Made by a program: the position numbers and the translations under genes. From positions 208,712 through 272,711 of the forward strand of contig JBKBMS010000001.1 of assembly GCA_046295695.1 (NCBI GenBank): a stretch of DNA of 64,000 nucleotides. Reading direction: 5' to 3'. Below are positions 30,993 to 40,492 of the stretch, piece by piece. The notes under the pieces are model-generated. The model made no database searches. It was not told the origin of the DNA and was given only the letters and a program-made list of their open reading frames with translations. This DNA comes from Pararhodobacter sp. (GTDB taxonomy: Bacteria; Pseudomonadota; Alphaproteobacteria; Rhodobacterales; Rhodobacteraceae). Positions within the stretch are counted from its first letter, which is position 1; each line of letters opens with the position of its first letter.

Positions 30993-32590
30993 AGCTGAAA
31001 TCGAATGTCCTGACCGGATCGGATGCCTTCCGCGCCAACCGCGAGGCGCATCTGGCGGCACTTGCCGAGATCGAGGCGGCGGCGCTGGCGGCGGCGGGGG
31101 GCGGCGAGAAGGCGCGCGAACGCCATGTGTCACGCGGCAAGATGCTGCCGCGTGAGCGTGTGGCCAACCTGCTGGATCCCGGCTCGCCGTTTCTGGAAAT
31201 CGGCGCCACCGCCGCGCATGGCCTCTATGATGGCGCCGCGCCCTGTGCCGGGGTGATTGCCGGCATCGGCCGGGTGCAGGGCCATGAGGTCATGGTGGTG
31301 TGCAACGATGCAACCGTGAAGGGCGGCACCTATTATCCGCTGACGGTGAAAAAGCACCTTCGCGCGCAGGAAATCGCCGAGGAAAACCACCTGCCCTGCA
31401 TCTATCTGGTGGATTCGGGCGGCGCCAACCTGCCCAATCAGGACGAGGTCTTCCCCGACCGCGACCATTTCGGGCGCATCTTCTACAATCAGGCCAATAT
31501 GTCGGCCAAGGGCATCGCACAGATCGCCGTGGTGATGGGCTCTTGCACGGCGGGCGGGGCCTATGTGCCCGCCATGTCGGATGTCACGATCATCGTCAAG
31601 AACCAGGGCACGATCTTCCTGGCCGGCCCGCCACTGGTCAAGGCTGCCACCGGCGAGGTGGTCACCGCAGAGGATCTGGGCGGGGGCGATGTGCACACGC
31701 GCCTTTCCGGCGTGGCCGATTATCTGGCCGAGGACGACGCCCACGCGCTGGCACTGGCGCGGCGTGCGGTGGGCTATCTGAACCGCCGCAAGCCGCAAAG
31801 CGTCGATCAGGCCAGCCCCGAGGATCCCGCCTATGACCCCGAGGAGATCTTCGGCGTGGTGCCGGCCGATCTGCGCACCCCCTATGACATCCGCGAGGTG
31901 ATCGCACGGGTGGTCGATGGCTCGCGTTTTGACGAGTTCAAGCCACGCTTCGGCGAGACGCTGGTCACCGGTTTTGCCCATGTGATGGGCTGCCCTGTGG
32001 GGATCGTGGCCAATAACGGGGTGCTGTTTTCCGAGGCGGCGGTAAAGGGCGCGCATTTCGTGGAACTGTGCAGCCAGCGCCGTATCCCGCTGGTTTTCAT
32101 GCAGAATATCACCGGCTTCATGGTCGGGCGGAAATACGAGAACGAGGGGATCGCGCGCCATGGCGCCAAGATGGTCACCGCCGTTGCCACGACCTCGGTG
32201 CCCAAGATCACGCTGCTGGTGGGCGGCTCGTTCGGCGCGGGGAACTATGGCATGGCCGGGCGCGCCTATCAGCCGCGGTTTCTCTGGACCTGGCCCAACA
32301 GCCGCATCTCGGTGATGGGCGGCGAGCAGGCGGCGGGTGTTCTGGCCACCGTTCGGCGCGACGGGATCGAGCGCGCCGGCGAGCAGTGGAGCGCCGAGGA
32401 CGAGGCCGAGTTCAAGCGCCCCACGATCGAGATGTTCGCCCGCCAGAGCCATCCGCTCTATGCTTCGGCGCGGCTGTGGGATGACGGCGTGATCGACCCG
32501 CGCCGCACCCGCGAAGTGCTCCATCTGTCGCTTTCCGCCGCGCTCAACGCCCCCATAGCCGAAACCCGTTTCGGCCTCTTCAGGATGTGA
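30989..32590 (+). CDS. mccB: 3-methylcrotonyl-CoA carboxylase beta (carboxyltransferase) subunit
   Basis: [39 protein letters not shown]-terminal FGLFRM. Confidence 0.93.
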   Translation: MKLKSNVLTGSDAFRANREAHLAALAEIEAAALAAAGGGEKARERHVSRGKMLPRERVANLLDPGSPFLEIGATAAHGLYDGAAPCAGVIAGIGRVQGHEVMVVCNDATVKGGTYYPLTVKKHLRAQEIAEENHLPCIYLVDSGGANLPNQDEVFPDRDHFGRIFYNQANMSAKGIAQIAVVMGSCTAGGAYVPAMSDVTIIVKNQGTIFLAGPPLVKAATGEVVTAEDLGGGDVHTRLSGVADYLAEDDAHALALARRAVGYLNRRKPQSVDQASPEDPAYDPEEIFGVVPADLRTPYDIREVIARVVDGSRFDEFKPRFGETLVTGFAHVMGCPVGIVANNGVLFSEAAVKGAHFVELCSQRRIPLVFMQNITGFMVGRKYENEGIARHGAKMVTAVATTSVPKITLLVGGSFGAGNYGMAGRAYQPRFLWTWPNSRISVMGGEQAAGVLATVRRDGIERAGEQWSAEDEAEFKRPTIEMFARQSHPLYASARLWDDGVIDPRRTREVLHLSLSAALNAPIAETRFGLFRM

Positions 32591-32596
32591 GGATCA

Positions 32597-33043
32597 ATGC
32601 CCATCACGCTTGACGCAGCACTGGCGCGCTACCCCGGCGCACAAACCTTCCGCTTCGGCGACAGCCCGACGTTGACCGAAGAATTGCTGGCGCTGGTGCG
32701 CGCCGGGCGCAAGCGCGCCACCTGCTCGGCCCTGGCCGAGATCGCCGCCGGCGCCGCAGCGCCGCAAGTGGGCCGGCGCGACATCGCGCTTGATGGCGCG
32801 GGCAACCCGGCCCTGGTGATCGAAACGCTGCGGCTGGTGGAACTGCGCTTTTGCGACATGCCCGAGGATCTGGCGCTGATGGAGGGCGAGGACGAAACCC
32901 TTGAAAGCTGGCGCGCCCAGCACCAGCGCTACTACGAGCGCATCGGCATCTTTGCCCCCGACATGCCGTTGATCTGGGAGGAATTTTGCGTGATCGAGGA
33001 TTTCGCCGCAACCGACCCGTCGCCGGAGGCCGCCCATGTTTGA
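32597..33043 (+). CDS. ASCH-domain protein
   Basis: FGDSP..ELLALVRAGRKRATCS, EGE...SWRAQHQRYY. Confidence 0.87.
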   Translation: MPITLDAALARYPGAQTFRFGDSPTLTEELLALVRAGRKRATCSALAEIAAGAAAPQVGRRDIALDGAGNPALVIETLRLVELRFCDMPEDLALMEGEDETLESWRAQHQRYYERIGIFAPDMPLIWEEFCVIEDFAATDPSPEAAHV

Positions 33044-34982
33044 CAAGATCCTGATCGCCAATCGCGGCGAGATCGCCTGCCGCATCATCGCCAGCGCGCG
33101 CGCCATGGGTGTTCGCACGGTCGCGGTGTATTCCGATGCCGATGCCCGTGCGCTGCATGTGGAACAGGCCGACGAAGCGGTGCATATCGGCGGCCCGGCC
33201 CCGCGCGACAGCTATCTGCGCGGCAATGCGATCATCGAGGCAGCGCTTTCCACCGGCGCGCAGGCGATCCATCCGGGCTATGGGTTTCTGTCCGAAAACC
33301 CCGATTTCGTCGATGCGGTGGAGGCTGCCGGGCTGGTCTTCATCGGCCCTTCGGGGCAGGCCATCCGGGCGATGGGGCTGAAGGACGCGGCCAAGCGGCT
33401 GATGCAGGAGGCCGGCGTGCCGGTGGTGCCCGGCTATCACGGCGACAATCAGGATGCCGAGCATCTTGCCGGGGCGGCCGATGCCATCGGCTATCCGGTG
33501 CTGATCAAGGCCGTGGCGGGCGGGGGCGGCAAGGGCATGCGCCGCGTTGAGCGCCCGCAGGATTTCGCCGAGGCGCTGGAGAGCGCGCGCGGCGAGGCGG
33601 CAACCGCGTTTGGCAATGACGCCGTGCTGATCGAGAAATGGATCGACAAGCCACGCCATATCGAGGTGCAGGTCTTTGGCGACGGCACCCGCGCGGTGCA
33701 TCTGTTCGAGCGTGACTGCTCGTTGCAGCGCCGCCATCAGAAGGTGATCGAGGAAGCCCCCGCCCCCGGCATGACCGAGCAGATGCGCGCCGCGATGGGT
33801 GCCGCCGCCGTGCGCGCCGCCGAGGCCATTGGCTACAAGGGTGCAGGCACGGTGGAATTCATCGTCGATGGCTCACGCGGGCTCAGGACCGATGGCTTCT
33901 GGTTCATGGAAATGAACACCCGTTTGCAGGTCGAACACCCGGTGAGCGAGGCCATCACCGGCGTCGATCTGGTGGAATGGCAGTTGCGCGTGGCCGCCGG
34001 CGAGCCGCTGCCCGCGCGCCAGCAGGACCTGACGATCAATGGCCATGCCTTCGAGGCGCGGCTCTATGCCGAGGATGTGCCGGCAGGCTTTCTGCCCGCC
34101 ACCGGCACGCTGGAGCTTCTGGAATTCGACGGCGCAGCGCGCATCGATTCCGGCGTGCGCCAGGGCGATGCGATCAGCCCATGGTATGATCCGATGATCG
34201 CCAAGATCATCACCCATGGCCCCAGCCGCGCCGTCGCGCTGGCGCGGCTGCGCAGTGCGCTCGAAGGCACCCGCGTTGCCGGATCGCACACCAACCGCGA
34301 TTTTCTGGCGGCCCTGACGCGCCACGAGGGCTTTCGCGCGGGCGATGTCGATACCGGGCTGATCGGGCGGGATCTGGCGGCGCTTACAGCCGCCCCGGCA
34401 GTGGATGCCGGGGTGCTGGCGCTGGCGGCGCTTTGCGCCCTGGGCTGCGATGCGCCGGATGCGCTGCGCGGTTTCACGCTCTGGGGCTCGCTCGCGCAGC
34501 GCGTGGATCTGGCGCAGGGCGAGGCGCGCTTTGCCATCAGCGTCGCGCGTCGTGCTGACGGGCGCTTTTCGGTGCAGCAGGATGACGCCACGGGCACGCC
34601 GGCGATGCTGGCCGAATGGCGTGGCGGGCAATGGTGGCTTGACGGCCGCAAGGCGCCGGGACTGGCGCGCCGGTCTGGCCAACGGGTAAGCGTGTTTGGC
34701 GCGGCGACGGTCGAGTTCTGGCTCGTTGATCCGCTGGCGGTGGAAACCGACAACGGCGCGGCCGGCGGCGTGGTTGTGGCGCCGATGCCGGGGCTGGTGA
34801 AGGCGGTCTTCGTGAAGCCGGGGGACCGGGTTGAACAGGGCGCGCGGCTGGCGGTTCTGGAGGCCATGAAGATGGAGCATACGCTCAGCGCCGGGCGCGA
34901 CGGCGAGGTGGCCGAGGTGCTGGTGCATGCCGGCCAACAGGTCGAGGCTGGCGCGGCGCTCATTGCCCTGGCCGAGGAATAG
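33036..34982 (+). CDS. mccA: 3-methylcrotonyl-CoA carboxylase alpha (biotin carboxylase plus biotin carrier)
   Basis: ILIANRGEIA, HPGYGFLSEN, RDCSLQRRHQK, EMNTRLQVEHPV, biotinyl EAMKME. Confidence 0.93.
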   Translation: MFDKILIANRGEIACRIIASARAMGVRTVAVYSDADARALHVEQADEAVHIGGPAPRDSYLRGNAIIEAALSTGAQAIHPGYGFLSENPDFVDAVEAAGLVFIGPSGQAIRAMGLKDAAKRLMQEAGVPVVPGYHGDNQDAEHLAGAADAIGYPVLIKAVAGGGGKGMRRVERPQDFAEALESARGEAATAFGNDAVLIEKWIDKPRHIEVQVFGDGTRAVHLFERDCSLQRRHQKVIEEAPAPGMTEQMRAAMGAAAVRAAEAIGYKGAGTVEFIVDGSRGLRTDGFWFMEMNTRLQVEHPVSEAITGVDLVEWQLRVAAGEPLPARQQDLTINGHAFEARLYAEDVPAGFLPATGTLELLEFDGAARIDSGVRQGDAISPWYDPMIAKIITHGPSRAVALARLRSALEGTRVAGSHTNRDFLAALTRHEGFRAGDVDTGLIGRDLAALTAAPAVDAGVLALAALCALGCDAPDALRGFTLWGSLAQRVDLAQGEARFAISVARRADGRFSVQQDDATGTPAMLAEWRGGQWWLDGRKAPGLARRSGQRVSVFGAATVEFWLVDPLAVETDNGAAGGVVVAPMPGLVKAVFVKPGDRVEQGARLAVLEAMKMEHTLSAGRDGEVAEVLVHAGQQVEAGAALIALAEE

Positions 34983-35075
34983 GGCCGGGAATGGACCGCG
35001 CGTGGCTTGCTTGCACGCGCGCGCCGCGCGGGCTATCAGTCGCGCCAAAGGCTCATACGGACAGGACCAACCGAC

Positions 35076-36203
35076 ATGCGCGCAGAGACCCAGGCCACGA
35101 TCGAGGCGATCCGCAAGTCGCTGGCACTTCTGGCACAGCGCCTGGACCGCGAGACGGCCGACTTCCGGCTGGAAGAGTTCAACGCGATGATCGAGGATCC
35201 GAACCTGTGGAACGATCCTGAGCGCGCGCAGAAGCTGATGCGCGAGCGCCAGATGCTGATTGATGCGCTGGGCAGCCATGACGGCATCAAGAAGGATCTT
35301 CAGGACAATATCGAACTGATCGAGCTGGGCGAGGCCGAGGGCGACCGTGATATCGTCACCGAGGCCGAGGAGGCGCTCAAGGCGCTGGCCGAAAAGGCCG
35401 CCGCCCGCGAGTTGGAGGCGCTGCTCGACGGCGAGGCGGATGGCAACGATACCTATCTGGAAATCAACGCCGGCGCCGGCGGCACCGAAAGCTGCGACTG
35501 GGCCTCGATGCTGGCGCGCATGTATGTTCGATGGGCCGAGAAGAAGGGCTACAAGGTCGAGTTGATGAGCGAGAGCCCCGGCGAGGAGGCGGGCATTCGC
35601 TCGGTCGCCTATCGTATCAGCGGGCACAATGCCTATGGCTGGCTGAAATCGGAAAGCGGCGTGCACCGGCTGGTGCGGATTTCGCCCTATGACAGCGCCG
35701 CGCGGCGGCACACGAGCTTCTCGTCGGTCTGGGTCTATCCGGTGGTCGATGACAAGATCGAAATCACCGTGCCCGATAACGAGATCCGCATCGATACCTA
35801 CCGCTCCTCTGGCGCGGGCGGGCAGCATGTCAACACCACCGACTCGGCGGTTCGCATCACCCACCTGCCAACGGGAATTGTGGTCACAAGCTCCGAGAAA
35901 TCCCAGCACCAGAACCGGGCGATTGCCATGGAGGCTTTGAAATCAAGGCTTTATGAGATGGAGCTGCGCAAGCGCACCGAGGCGATCGAAGCCCAGCACG
36001 AGGCCAAGGGCGATGCGGGCTGGGGCAATCAGATCCGCTCTTATGTGTTGCAGCCCTATCAGATGGTGAAGGATCTGCGCACCGCGTTCGAAACTTCGGA
36101 TACCCAGGGCGTGCTTGATGGCGATCTGGACGGGCTGATGGCGGCAACACTGGCGCAGAAAGTGTCTGGCAAGAGCCGGTCGGAGGCACAAGGCAGCGAC
36201 TGA
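35076..36203 (+). CDS. prfB: Peptide chain release factor 2 (continuous frame)
   Basis: [40 protein letters not shown]. Confidence 0.96.
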   Translation: MRAETQATIEAIRKSLALLAQRLDRETADFRLEEFNAMIEDPNLWNDPERAQKLMRERQMLIDALGSHDGIKKDLQDNIELIELGEAEGDRDIVTEAEEALKALAEKAAARELEALLDGEADGNDTYLEINAGAGGTESCDWASMLARMYVRWAEKKGYKVELMSESPGEEAGIRSVAYRISGHNAYGWLKSESGVHRLVRISPYDSAARRHTSFSSVWVYPVVDDKIEITVPDNEIRIDTYRSSGAGGQHVNTTDSAVRITHLPTGIVVTSSEKSQHQNRAIAMEALKSRLYEMELRKRTEAIEAQHEAKGDAGWGNQIRSYVLQPYQMVKDLRTAFETSDTQGVLDGDLDGLMAATLAQKVSGKSRSEAQGSD

Positions 36204-36273
36204 GCGCACCGCCACCCCGCCGCCACCCCGCGCGGGGGGCAACGCGGGGGGCGGGATCAGGGGCAGGGCTGGG

Positions 36274-36429
36274 TCAGTTGGCCAACAGGCTGCGAAAGTA
36301 TTCGGCCAGATGGGTCAGTTCAGGGCGGCGATGGCGGCTGCGTTCCAGGCGGTTGAGCGCGGTCTCGATGCGGCGAATGGTGCGCAGGTCCTCGGTCAGG
36401 GCAAAAGCAGGGCAGGGGATCGGTTTCAT
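36274..36429 (-). CDS. 51-aa hypothetical basic small protein
   Basis: MKPIPCPAFALTEDLRTIRRIETALNRLERSRHRRPELTHLAEYFRSLLAN. Mostly G/C third positions, AAAGG upstream, fills an otherwise empty gap. Confidence 0.6.
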   Translation of the reverse strand: MKPIPCPAFALTEDLRTIRRIETALNRLERSRHRRPELTHLAEYFRSLLAN

Positions 36430-36595
36430 GGCCGTAGCCTTTCGGGGTTGATGGCGAGATACCCATGGGTCGTATTGAACGCCCGAAGCGTTCAGTTTTT
36501 CTTGACGGCGCTCAAAATTGCCGCGCGCTGGCCTCTTGCCCGGTGAGAATGGTGTGGGTAGCCTGATGGCGCGCGCGGACCGACCGGGAGGAACC

Positions 36596-37375
36596 ATGTC
36601 TGATCCATCGACCCTTCACGCCCCGCCTTCGCCCCTGCCACACCCCCGCCGGATCGCCGCCGCCGATCTGCGCGATGCCTTGCGGCTTGGCTGGCGCGAC
36701 TACCGAAGCGCGCCGCATTTCGGCCTGTTGTTCAGCGCCTTCTATGTGCTGGGCGGGCTGGTGCTCTACGCGATCTTTGCCGCCGCGGCGGCGCAATGGT
36801 GGTTCATTCCGATCGCCGTGGGTTTTCCGATCCTCGCCCCCTTCGCCGCCACGGGCCTTTACGAGGTCAGCCGCCGGCTGGAGCAGGGCGAGCAGCCACG
36901 CCTTGGCCCGGTGCTGGCTTGCGTTCTGGCCCAGAAAGACCGGCAGGTGCCCAGCATGGCCATGGTGGTCCTGCTGGCCTTCATGTTCTGGGTGTTCGTC
37001 GCGCATACGATCTTCGCGCTGTTCTTCGGTTTGCAGCCGATCACCGGCTCACCCTGGCAGATGCTGACCACGCAGGCCGGGCTGACCATGCTGGCACTCG
37101 GTACGCTGATCGGTGGGGTGATGGCTTCGGTGTTCTTTGCGCTCACGGTGATCAGCCTGCCGCTGCTGCTGGACCGCGAGGTCGATTTCATCTCGGCGAT
37201 GATTGCCTCGCTCGACTGCGTTTCGGCCAATCCCGGCGTGATGGCGCTTTGGGCGGCGGTGATCGCCGCGGCGCTGTTTGTGGGCATGCTGCCGGCGTTT
37301 CTGGGCCTCTTCGTGGTGCTGCCGGTGTTCGGCCATGCAAGCTGGCACCTCTACCGGCGGCTGTTGCCGCTATAG
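36596..37375 (+). CDS. DUF2189-family integral membrane protein
   Basis: DLRDALRLGWRDY, GFPILAPFAATGLYEVSRRLE, PVFGHASWHLYRR. GGAGG RBS. Confidence 0.9.
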   Translation: MSDPSTLHAPPSPLPHPRRIAAADLRDALRLGWRDYRSAPHFGLLFSAFYVLGGLVLYAIFAAAAAQWWFIPIAVGFPILAPFAATGLYEVSRRLEQGEQPRLGPVLACVLAQKDRQVPSMAMVVLLAFMFWVFVAHTIFALFFGLQPITGSPWQMLTTQAGLTMLALGTLIGGVMASVFFALTVISLPLLLDREVDFISAMIASLDCVSANPGVMALWAAVIAAALFVGMLPAFLGLFVVLPVFGHASWHLYRRLLPL

Positions 37376-37399
37376 GCGCAGCCGCCTCATGCCTTCATC

Positions 37400-37422
37400 A
37401 AAAAGGGGGGCCAAGGCCCCCC
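37400..37422 (-). terminator. Terminator of the M23-bactofilin transcript
   Basis: AAAAA-GGGGGGCC-AA-GGCCCCCC. Confidence 0.8.
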
Positions 37423-37447
37423 GGATTCTTGCCGATGGTTGCCCGGC

Positions 37448-38062
37448 TCACTTGACGGGTTTGGCGTCGAGCGGCGGCTTGGGGGTTGCGGCCTGCGGTT
37501 GCTGCGGTTGCGGTTGCTGCGGCATCGAGGGTTTGGGGGCCGCCGCGCCGACCGGAGCGCCGAGCGGGGAACCAGCCGGGGCGGACATTGCCGCCTTGGA
37601 CTGCTGGCCGGTGCTCAGAGGGTCATCCTGACGCTGCACGGACCCTTCGAAATGCGCCCCTGATTCAATGGCGATGGTCTTGTGGATGATGTCGCCCTCG
37701 ACCCGGGCGGTCGAGGTCAGGCGCACCTTCAGGCCCCGAACCCGGCCAATGACGCGGCCATTGATCACAATGTCATCGGCCACGATCTCGCCGCGGATGG
37801 TCGCCGATTCGCCGACCGTCAGTAGATGCGCGCGAATATCGCCATCGACCACGCCCTCGATCACCACATCACCGGTGGTGCGCAGGTTGCCGGTCACCGT
37901 CAGGTCCGCGGACAGCACCGAAGCATTGGGTTTCGACTTGGCAGCCATGCCGCCGGCGCCGTGATCGAACGGAGCACGCGGACCGGGAACGGGTGCAGCC
38001 TCTGGCATGCGCGGCGCTTCGGTCTTTGGTCCCTGTTCGTTGATACGGCTCTTAGAAAACAT
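37448..38062 (-). CDS. Bactofilin (polymer-forming cytoskeletal protein, CcmA-like)
   Basis: SVLSADLTVTGNL..G.V.IEG.VDGDI...LTVGE.A.IRGEI.A..IVINGRV.G...IESGAHFEG beta-helix. N-terminal MFSK. Confidence 0.93.
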   Translation of the reverse strand: MFSKSRINEQGPKTEAPRMPEAAPVPGPRAPFDHGAGGMAAKSKPNASVLSADLTVTGNLRTTGDVVIEGVVDGDIRAHLLTVGESATIRGEIVADDIVINGRVIGRVRGLKVRLTSTARVEGDIIHKTIAIESGAHFEGSVQRQDDPLSTGQQSKAAMSAPAGSPLGAPVGAAAPKPSMPQQPQPQQPQAATPKPPLDAKPVK

Positions 38063-39386
38063 TTTGCGCGGCCCTTATGTAAGTCATCGGATTGATCGGT
38101 CTGCCACCCACGCGGATCTCGTAGTGCAGATGCACGCCGGTGGAGCGTCCGGTGGTGCCCATACCACCGATCCGGTCCCCGCGCGAGACCCTTTGGCCCA
38201 CATTCACGTTAATGGTATGCAGATGGGCGTAATAGGTTTCGATGCCGAAATCGTGGCGGATGATCACCAGATTGCCATACCCGCCCTGACGTCCGGCAAA
38301 AGTGACGGTCCCAACCCCGGTAGACAGGATCGGCGTGCCCTGCGGCCCGGCCCAGTCGACGCCGTTGTGCATCCGCCGGCCGCCGGTGCGCGGATCGCGC
38401 CGGGTGCCAAACCCCGAGGTCTGGCGCACCCCGGCGCGGACCGGCATGGCGAAGGGTGTGCGCTGCGCGGCGATCCGGTAGAGGTTGATTTCCTCAAGCG
38501 CCTGCAGCACCGAATTGGCGCGCGCCTCGTCGCCATCAGGGTCCAGCGTGCCCGAGGTGGAGATGGAGATCGGCATCATCGAGGCAGAGCGCGTCTGATA
38601 GCCGGCGCGCACCTGTTGCAACAATTGTTCGGGCGGCAGGCCGGCGGCGCGGAACATGCGTTCCAGCGGCAGCATCGACACTTCCACCGCCTGTTCGAGC
38701 TGGCTGAAGATGCGGTGATTGCGGTCCTGGATCAGCCGGTATTCCAGCGCCAGATGCTGCGCCTGCTGATTGGCGCTCTCGGCCATGGCCAGCATGACCT
38801 CGCGCTGCTCGGTGGTATCGCTCAGCGCGTTCATCAGGAAATCGAGGGTCTGTTCAACCTCGGCCAGACGCTGCGTGGTCTGGATGAGCTGGTCGCTCAA
38901 CTGGTCGCTTTCCAACTCGGCCAGCCGCGCGCGCGCCACGTCACGCTCGCGCAGGCGCTCGCGCAGACCGGTCTGCAGTGCCTCGATGCCGTTTTCCAGC
39001 TCGGCGCGGCGTTGCTCGGACACCAGCAGGGCGCTTTGCATGCGCGCCACACGGTCCATGGCCTCGCCGTAGCGGTTGTGGGCGGCCTGCGCCTCGGCGC
39101 CGGAACGGTCGCGCTCGGCGGCAAGCTCGCTCAGGCGCTGCTCGAAATAGACCTGTTCGCGCCGCGCCTGCTCGCGCTGGTCGCCCGAGCCGATGGCATC
39201 CATGAACACGATCGACGAGGCGATGAAGCTCCAGGCCACGAAGGCCGTCGTGCATGACAGGATCAGCGCTTGCGACAGCGGGCGCAGACGAACGAAGCGG
39301 GTGGTATCTTCAGAGCGCAGGAACAGGCGCTTTTCGGGCAGATAACGCTCAAGCGCGGTGTTTATGCGGTCGGTCAAGGGCCTCAA
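38052..39386 (-). CDS. M23 metallo-endopeptidase with N-terminal TM/coiled coil (LmdC-like); start approximate (TTG)
   Basis: HNGVD, GYGNLV, YYAHL, STGVHLHYE. Overlaps the bactofilin start. Confidence 0.92.
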   Translation of the reverse strand: MRPLTDRINTALERYLPEKRLFLRSEDTTRFVRLRPLSQALILSCTTAFVAWSFIASSIVFMDAIGSGDQREQARREQVYFEQRLSELAAERDRSGAEAQAAHNRYGEAMDRVARMQSALLVSEQRRAELENGIEALQTGLRERLRERDVARARLAELESDQLSDQLIQTTQRLAEVEQTLDFLMNALSDTTEQREVMLAMAESANQQAQHLALEYRLIQDRNHRIFSQLEQAVEVSMLPLERMFRAAGLPPEQLLQQVRAGYQTRSASMMPISISTSGTLDPDGDEARANSVLQALEEINLYRIAAQRTPFAMPVRAGVRQTSGFGTRRDPRTGGRRMHNGVDWAGPQGTPILSTGVGTVTFAGRQGGYGNLVIIRHDFGIETYYAHLHTINVNVGQRVSRGDRIGGMGTTGRSTGVHLHYEIRVGGRPINPMTYIRAAQNVF

Positions 39387-39605
39387 TGGAACACCCGTTT
39401 GTTTTGGTATTCTGGCGCTGCCCGGCCCCTGACACGCGGCGAGCGTTGCACCTGCGCAACTGTTATCCCCCACATGCAGAGGCTGCAACTCTTTTGGGCA
39501 GTGTTGCGCGGCTGCATCGCTGTCCTGCGCCCGGCTGAGCGAAAAACCGCCTATTCAGGCGTGCCGCCTGCCGTTTGCCCGCCGCAGCACAGGCAACAAG
39601 GCTTC

Positions 39606-40484
39606 TCAATCAGGGTTCGGCATGCCCCGTGCGGTGCGGTGCGCCATTTCATGAACCGGGCGTTCATGGGCCGGGGCTTCATGGGCGAGGGGCCAGTAGA
39701 AATCGGGCGGCAAGCCGGCTTCAGCGCGCTTCTCTTCGTTGAAGGGCGGCTTGAGCGCGCCATGAAAGTAGCGCCGCACCAGCGCGTGAAAGGTCTCCTT
39801 GGGATCGGCTTCATGGCGCCCGCACAGAAAATGAAACCATTTCGAGCCATAGGCGACATGGCCCACCTCTTCGGCATAGATGGTTTCAAGCGCGGCGACG
39901 GCCTGATCCAGCTTCGCCTTGCGAAAGATCTCGATCATGCCGGGGGTCACATCCAGCCCACGCGCCTCCAGCACCATCGGCACCACCGCCAGCCGCCCCA
40001 TGAAATCCTGCGCCGTGTCGGATGCCGCGCGCCACATGCCGGCATGGGCGGGCAGGGCACCATAATGACTTCCAAGGCTTTCAAGAACGCCAGATACAAG
40101 ATTGAAATGTTTTGCTTCTTCGTCAGCGGCCTTGACCCAGTCGTCATAGAATCCGGGTGGCATCTGCACCTCGGAAAAGCGGGCGATGATGTCCCAGTGC
40201 AGATCCACGGCATTAAGTTCGATATGCGCCACCGCATGCAGCAGGGCGATGCGTCCCTCGGGACTGCCCGGACGGCGGCGCGGCACGTCGCGCGGGTCTT
40301 TCAGTTCGGGCTTTTCGGGGCGGGCGGGAAAATCCGGCGGATCAGCCCTGCCAACGGGCAGGGGCCTGCCCTCGGCGCGCGCGCCAAACCAGCGGGCGGC
40401 ATGACGCCGCGACAGGGCGGTCTTGGCCCGTCCATCGGCGGTGTTCAGCACCTCGACAGCCATTTCGGAAAGAGTTTCAACCAT
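39606..40484 (-). CDS. Ferritin-like DUF455 protein
   Basis: LHAVAHIELNAVDL, DEEAKHF, VLEARGLD, EEVGHV di-iron ExxH motifs. Confidence 0.92.
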   Translation of the reverse strand: MVETLSEMAVEVLNTADGRAKTALSRRHAARWFGARAEGRPLPVGRADPPDFPARPEKPELKDPRDVPRRRPGSPEGRIALLHAVAHIELNAVDLHWDIIARFSEVQMPPGFYDDWVKAADEEAKHFNLVSGVLESLGSHYGALPAHAGMWRAASDTAQDFMGRLAVVPMVLEARGLDVTPGMIEIFRKAKLDQAVAALETIYAEEVGHVAYGSKWFHFLCGRHEADPKETFHALVRRYFHGALKPPFNEEKRAEAGLPPDFYWPLAHEAPAHERPVHEMAHRTARGMPNPD

Positions 40485-40492
40485 TTGTCAGC

